64,000 bases of DNA, from NCBI GenBank assembly GCA_963799775.1, contig CAWCYD010000003.1, positions 96,001 to 160,000 on the forward strand. The letters run 5' to 3'. A program made the translations under genes and the position numbers. This document shows positions 62,747 through 64,000 of the stretch, one piece after another. Source of the DNA: an uncultured archaeon. GTDB lineage: Archaea; Thermoproteota; Nitrososphaeria; Nitrososphaerales; Gagatemarchaeaceae. Under the pieces are notes generated by a model. It made no database searches and had not been told where the DNA came from. It saw only the letters and a program-made list of their open reading frames with translations. The number at the start of each line of letters is the position of its first letter. Position 1 is the stretch's first letter.

Positions 62747-63481
62747 ATGCGCCCGAAGGTTCTCGTGATTCAGAACGCGGAGTGGGAGGGACCTGGCCTC
62801 GTCGAGTCATATGCTAGGGCCGCCGGATTGGAGCTTGAGGTCGTCGAGCTCTTCCGTCCCTCTGTCAAGGAAGCACCGATACCTTTCGAAGCTCTAGAGA
62901 AGGGAGCTTTCGCCGGCGTGGTCGCTCTGGGCTCGCCTTCGACCGCGTACATCCCAGAATCCAATCCCCATCATGAGCAACTCATCCGTCTCTTCAAGCT
63001 CGTGAGGAAGACAAAGACCCCGTCCTTCGACATCTGTTAGTCGATGCAGCTGTTCTCCATCGCTCACGGTGGCAGGGTCGGGAAGAACCCGAAGGGAAAG
63101 GAGGTCGGTCTCTTCGAGATCCATCCTAGCAGGCAAGGCAAGTCTGACCCCGTCGTCGGCGCTCTCGGCTCGTTCAGGACCTTGGAATGGCATGGAGACG
63201 TCGTCACGGAGTTGCCCGAGGGCGCAGTGCACCTCGCCTATTCAGACAAGACCAGGAACCAGGTCGCCGTCTTGGACGGGATCCATTACCTCGTGCAGGC
63301 CGATGCGCAGGCAGCGACGACCCAGATGGTCCGAAGTTGGCTCAAGCACGACGGAAAGTGGGCCACCGACGGGCAAGGGGTGACGGCGACCCGGCTGATC
63401 CGGGACGTCGAGAGAAGCGAAGCTGGTCTCAGGAACTCATTCTTGAGGATGTTCGGTAATTTCCTCTCGCTCGCTCTATGA
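62747..63481 (+). CDS. Type 1 glutamine amidotransferase-like protein interrupted by an in-frame TAG (63038-63040)
   Basis: VLVIQNAEWEGPG, FDIC*SMQL, EVG, EWHGD; both ORF halves are in the same frame. Confidence 0.75.
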
Positions 63482-63946
63482 GCCAGTGGATCCTGTCTTG
63501 GTGCGCCTCGGGTCCTCCAATCTGCTAGCATGCTGATGAACGATCTTCCATTCTTCCCCGAACTTCCCGATGACCATCGTCACCCGGGTCTTCGCGCCGA
63601 CCGTCGATCCCTCGAACGAGTAGTCGTTCACGAAGACCCCCTTGTACTCGAGGTAGAAGGTAGCGATCGCCACGAAGCCGATGACGTCGATCCTCAGGTC
63701 ATCGATCTTGTATTCGTAGTCCGAGATGTTCGCGAACCTCGCCTGCTCGTACATGAAGGCGTCGTCGGCATCCTGCCTCGTGTAGGGCGGGGTCTCGTCG
63801 AACTTGCTGAAGTATCGCGACGGGGCGTAGAAGCCGGAGAGGTTGGTGATGTCTTTGTTCTTGCCCAACTCGAAGTAGGAGGTGATGAGCGCCGCTACCT
63901 CCTTCCTAACTTGGTCAAGCTGGCGCGATTCCAACGTTGGCCCCAC
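63476..63946 (-). CDS. NTF2/SnoaL-like domain protein
   Basis: RVTMVI...WKIVHQHAS. Confidence 0.8.
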   Translation of the reverse strand: MGPTLESRQLDQVRKEVAALITSYFELGKNKDITNLSGFYAPSRYFSKFDETPPYTRQDADDAFMYEQARFANISDYEYKIDDLRIDVIGFVAIATFYLEYKGVFVNDYSFEGSTVGAKTRVTMVIGKFGEEWKIVHQHASRLEDPRRTKTGSTGS

Positions 63947-64000
63947 GTCGGCCCGTTAGATAAGCTGGGGCGCCACGATAACTTGAATACCTCGAGAGGG

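Overview
High-GC archaeal genomic DNA, most consistent with a non-ammonia-oxidising Nitrososphaerota (Thaumarchaeota) lineage. This assignment is inferred from the thaumarchaeal-type NuoH N-terminal extension, the nuo order H-I-J-K-M-L-M-N, archaeal GGR/GGPP synthase, SUI1 and tRNAs with BHB introns. Many genes carry single-base frameshifts, probably uncorrected long-read errors. Left to right: an accessory left end (G1 glutamic peptidase, TGT-like TIM barrel, orphan nuclease/immunity-like pair); GGR; a complex I membrane-arm operon with two nuoM and a LAGLIDADG intein inside the Fe-S motif of nuoI; mntR with a decayed mntH copy; a two-intron tRNA-Glu carrying a ~9.7 kb integrated element (tyrosine integrase, 17-bp att repeats, cargo separated by a conserved ~30-bp repeat, a 21-bp-phased repeat array, TA-like genes, Toprim protein); mntH; an ABC exporter; metY-metX-metW; a wHTH/DUF835 regulatory cluster; a five-gene operon built around a very long divergent tubulin/FtsZ-like GTPase plus a likely inactive tubulin-like paralog and membrane proteins; htrA; SUI1; and a two-intron tRNA-Ile(CAT) with a 0.5-kb single-gene islet. 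The best candidates for undescribed biology are the tubulin-like membrane operon, the NuoI intein and the cassette-like architecture of the integrated element. All family assignments come from motif recognition by eye; no searches were run.
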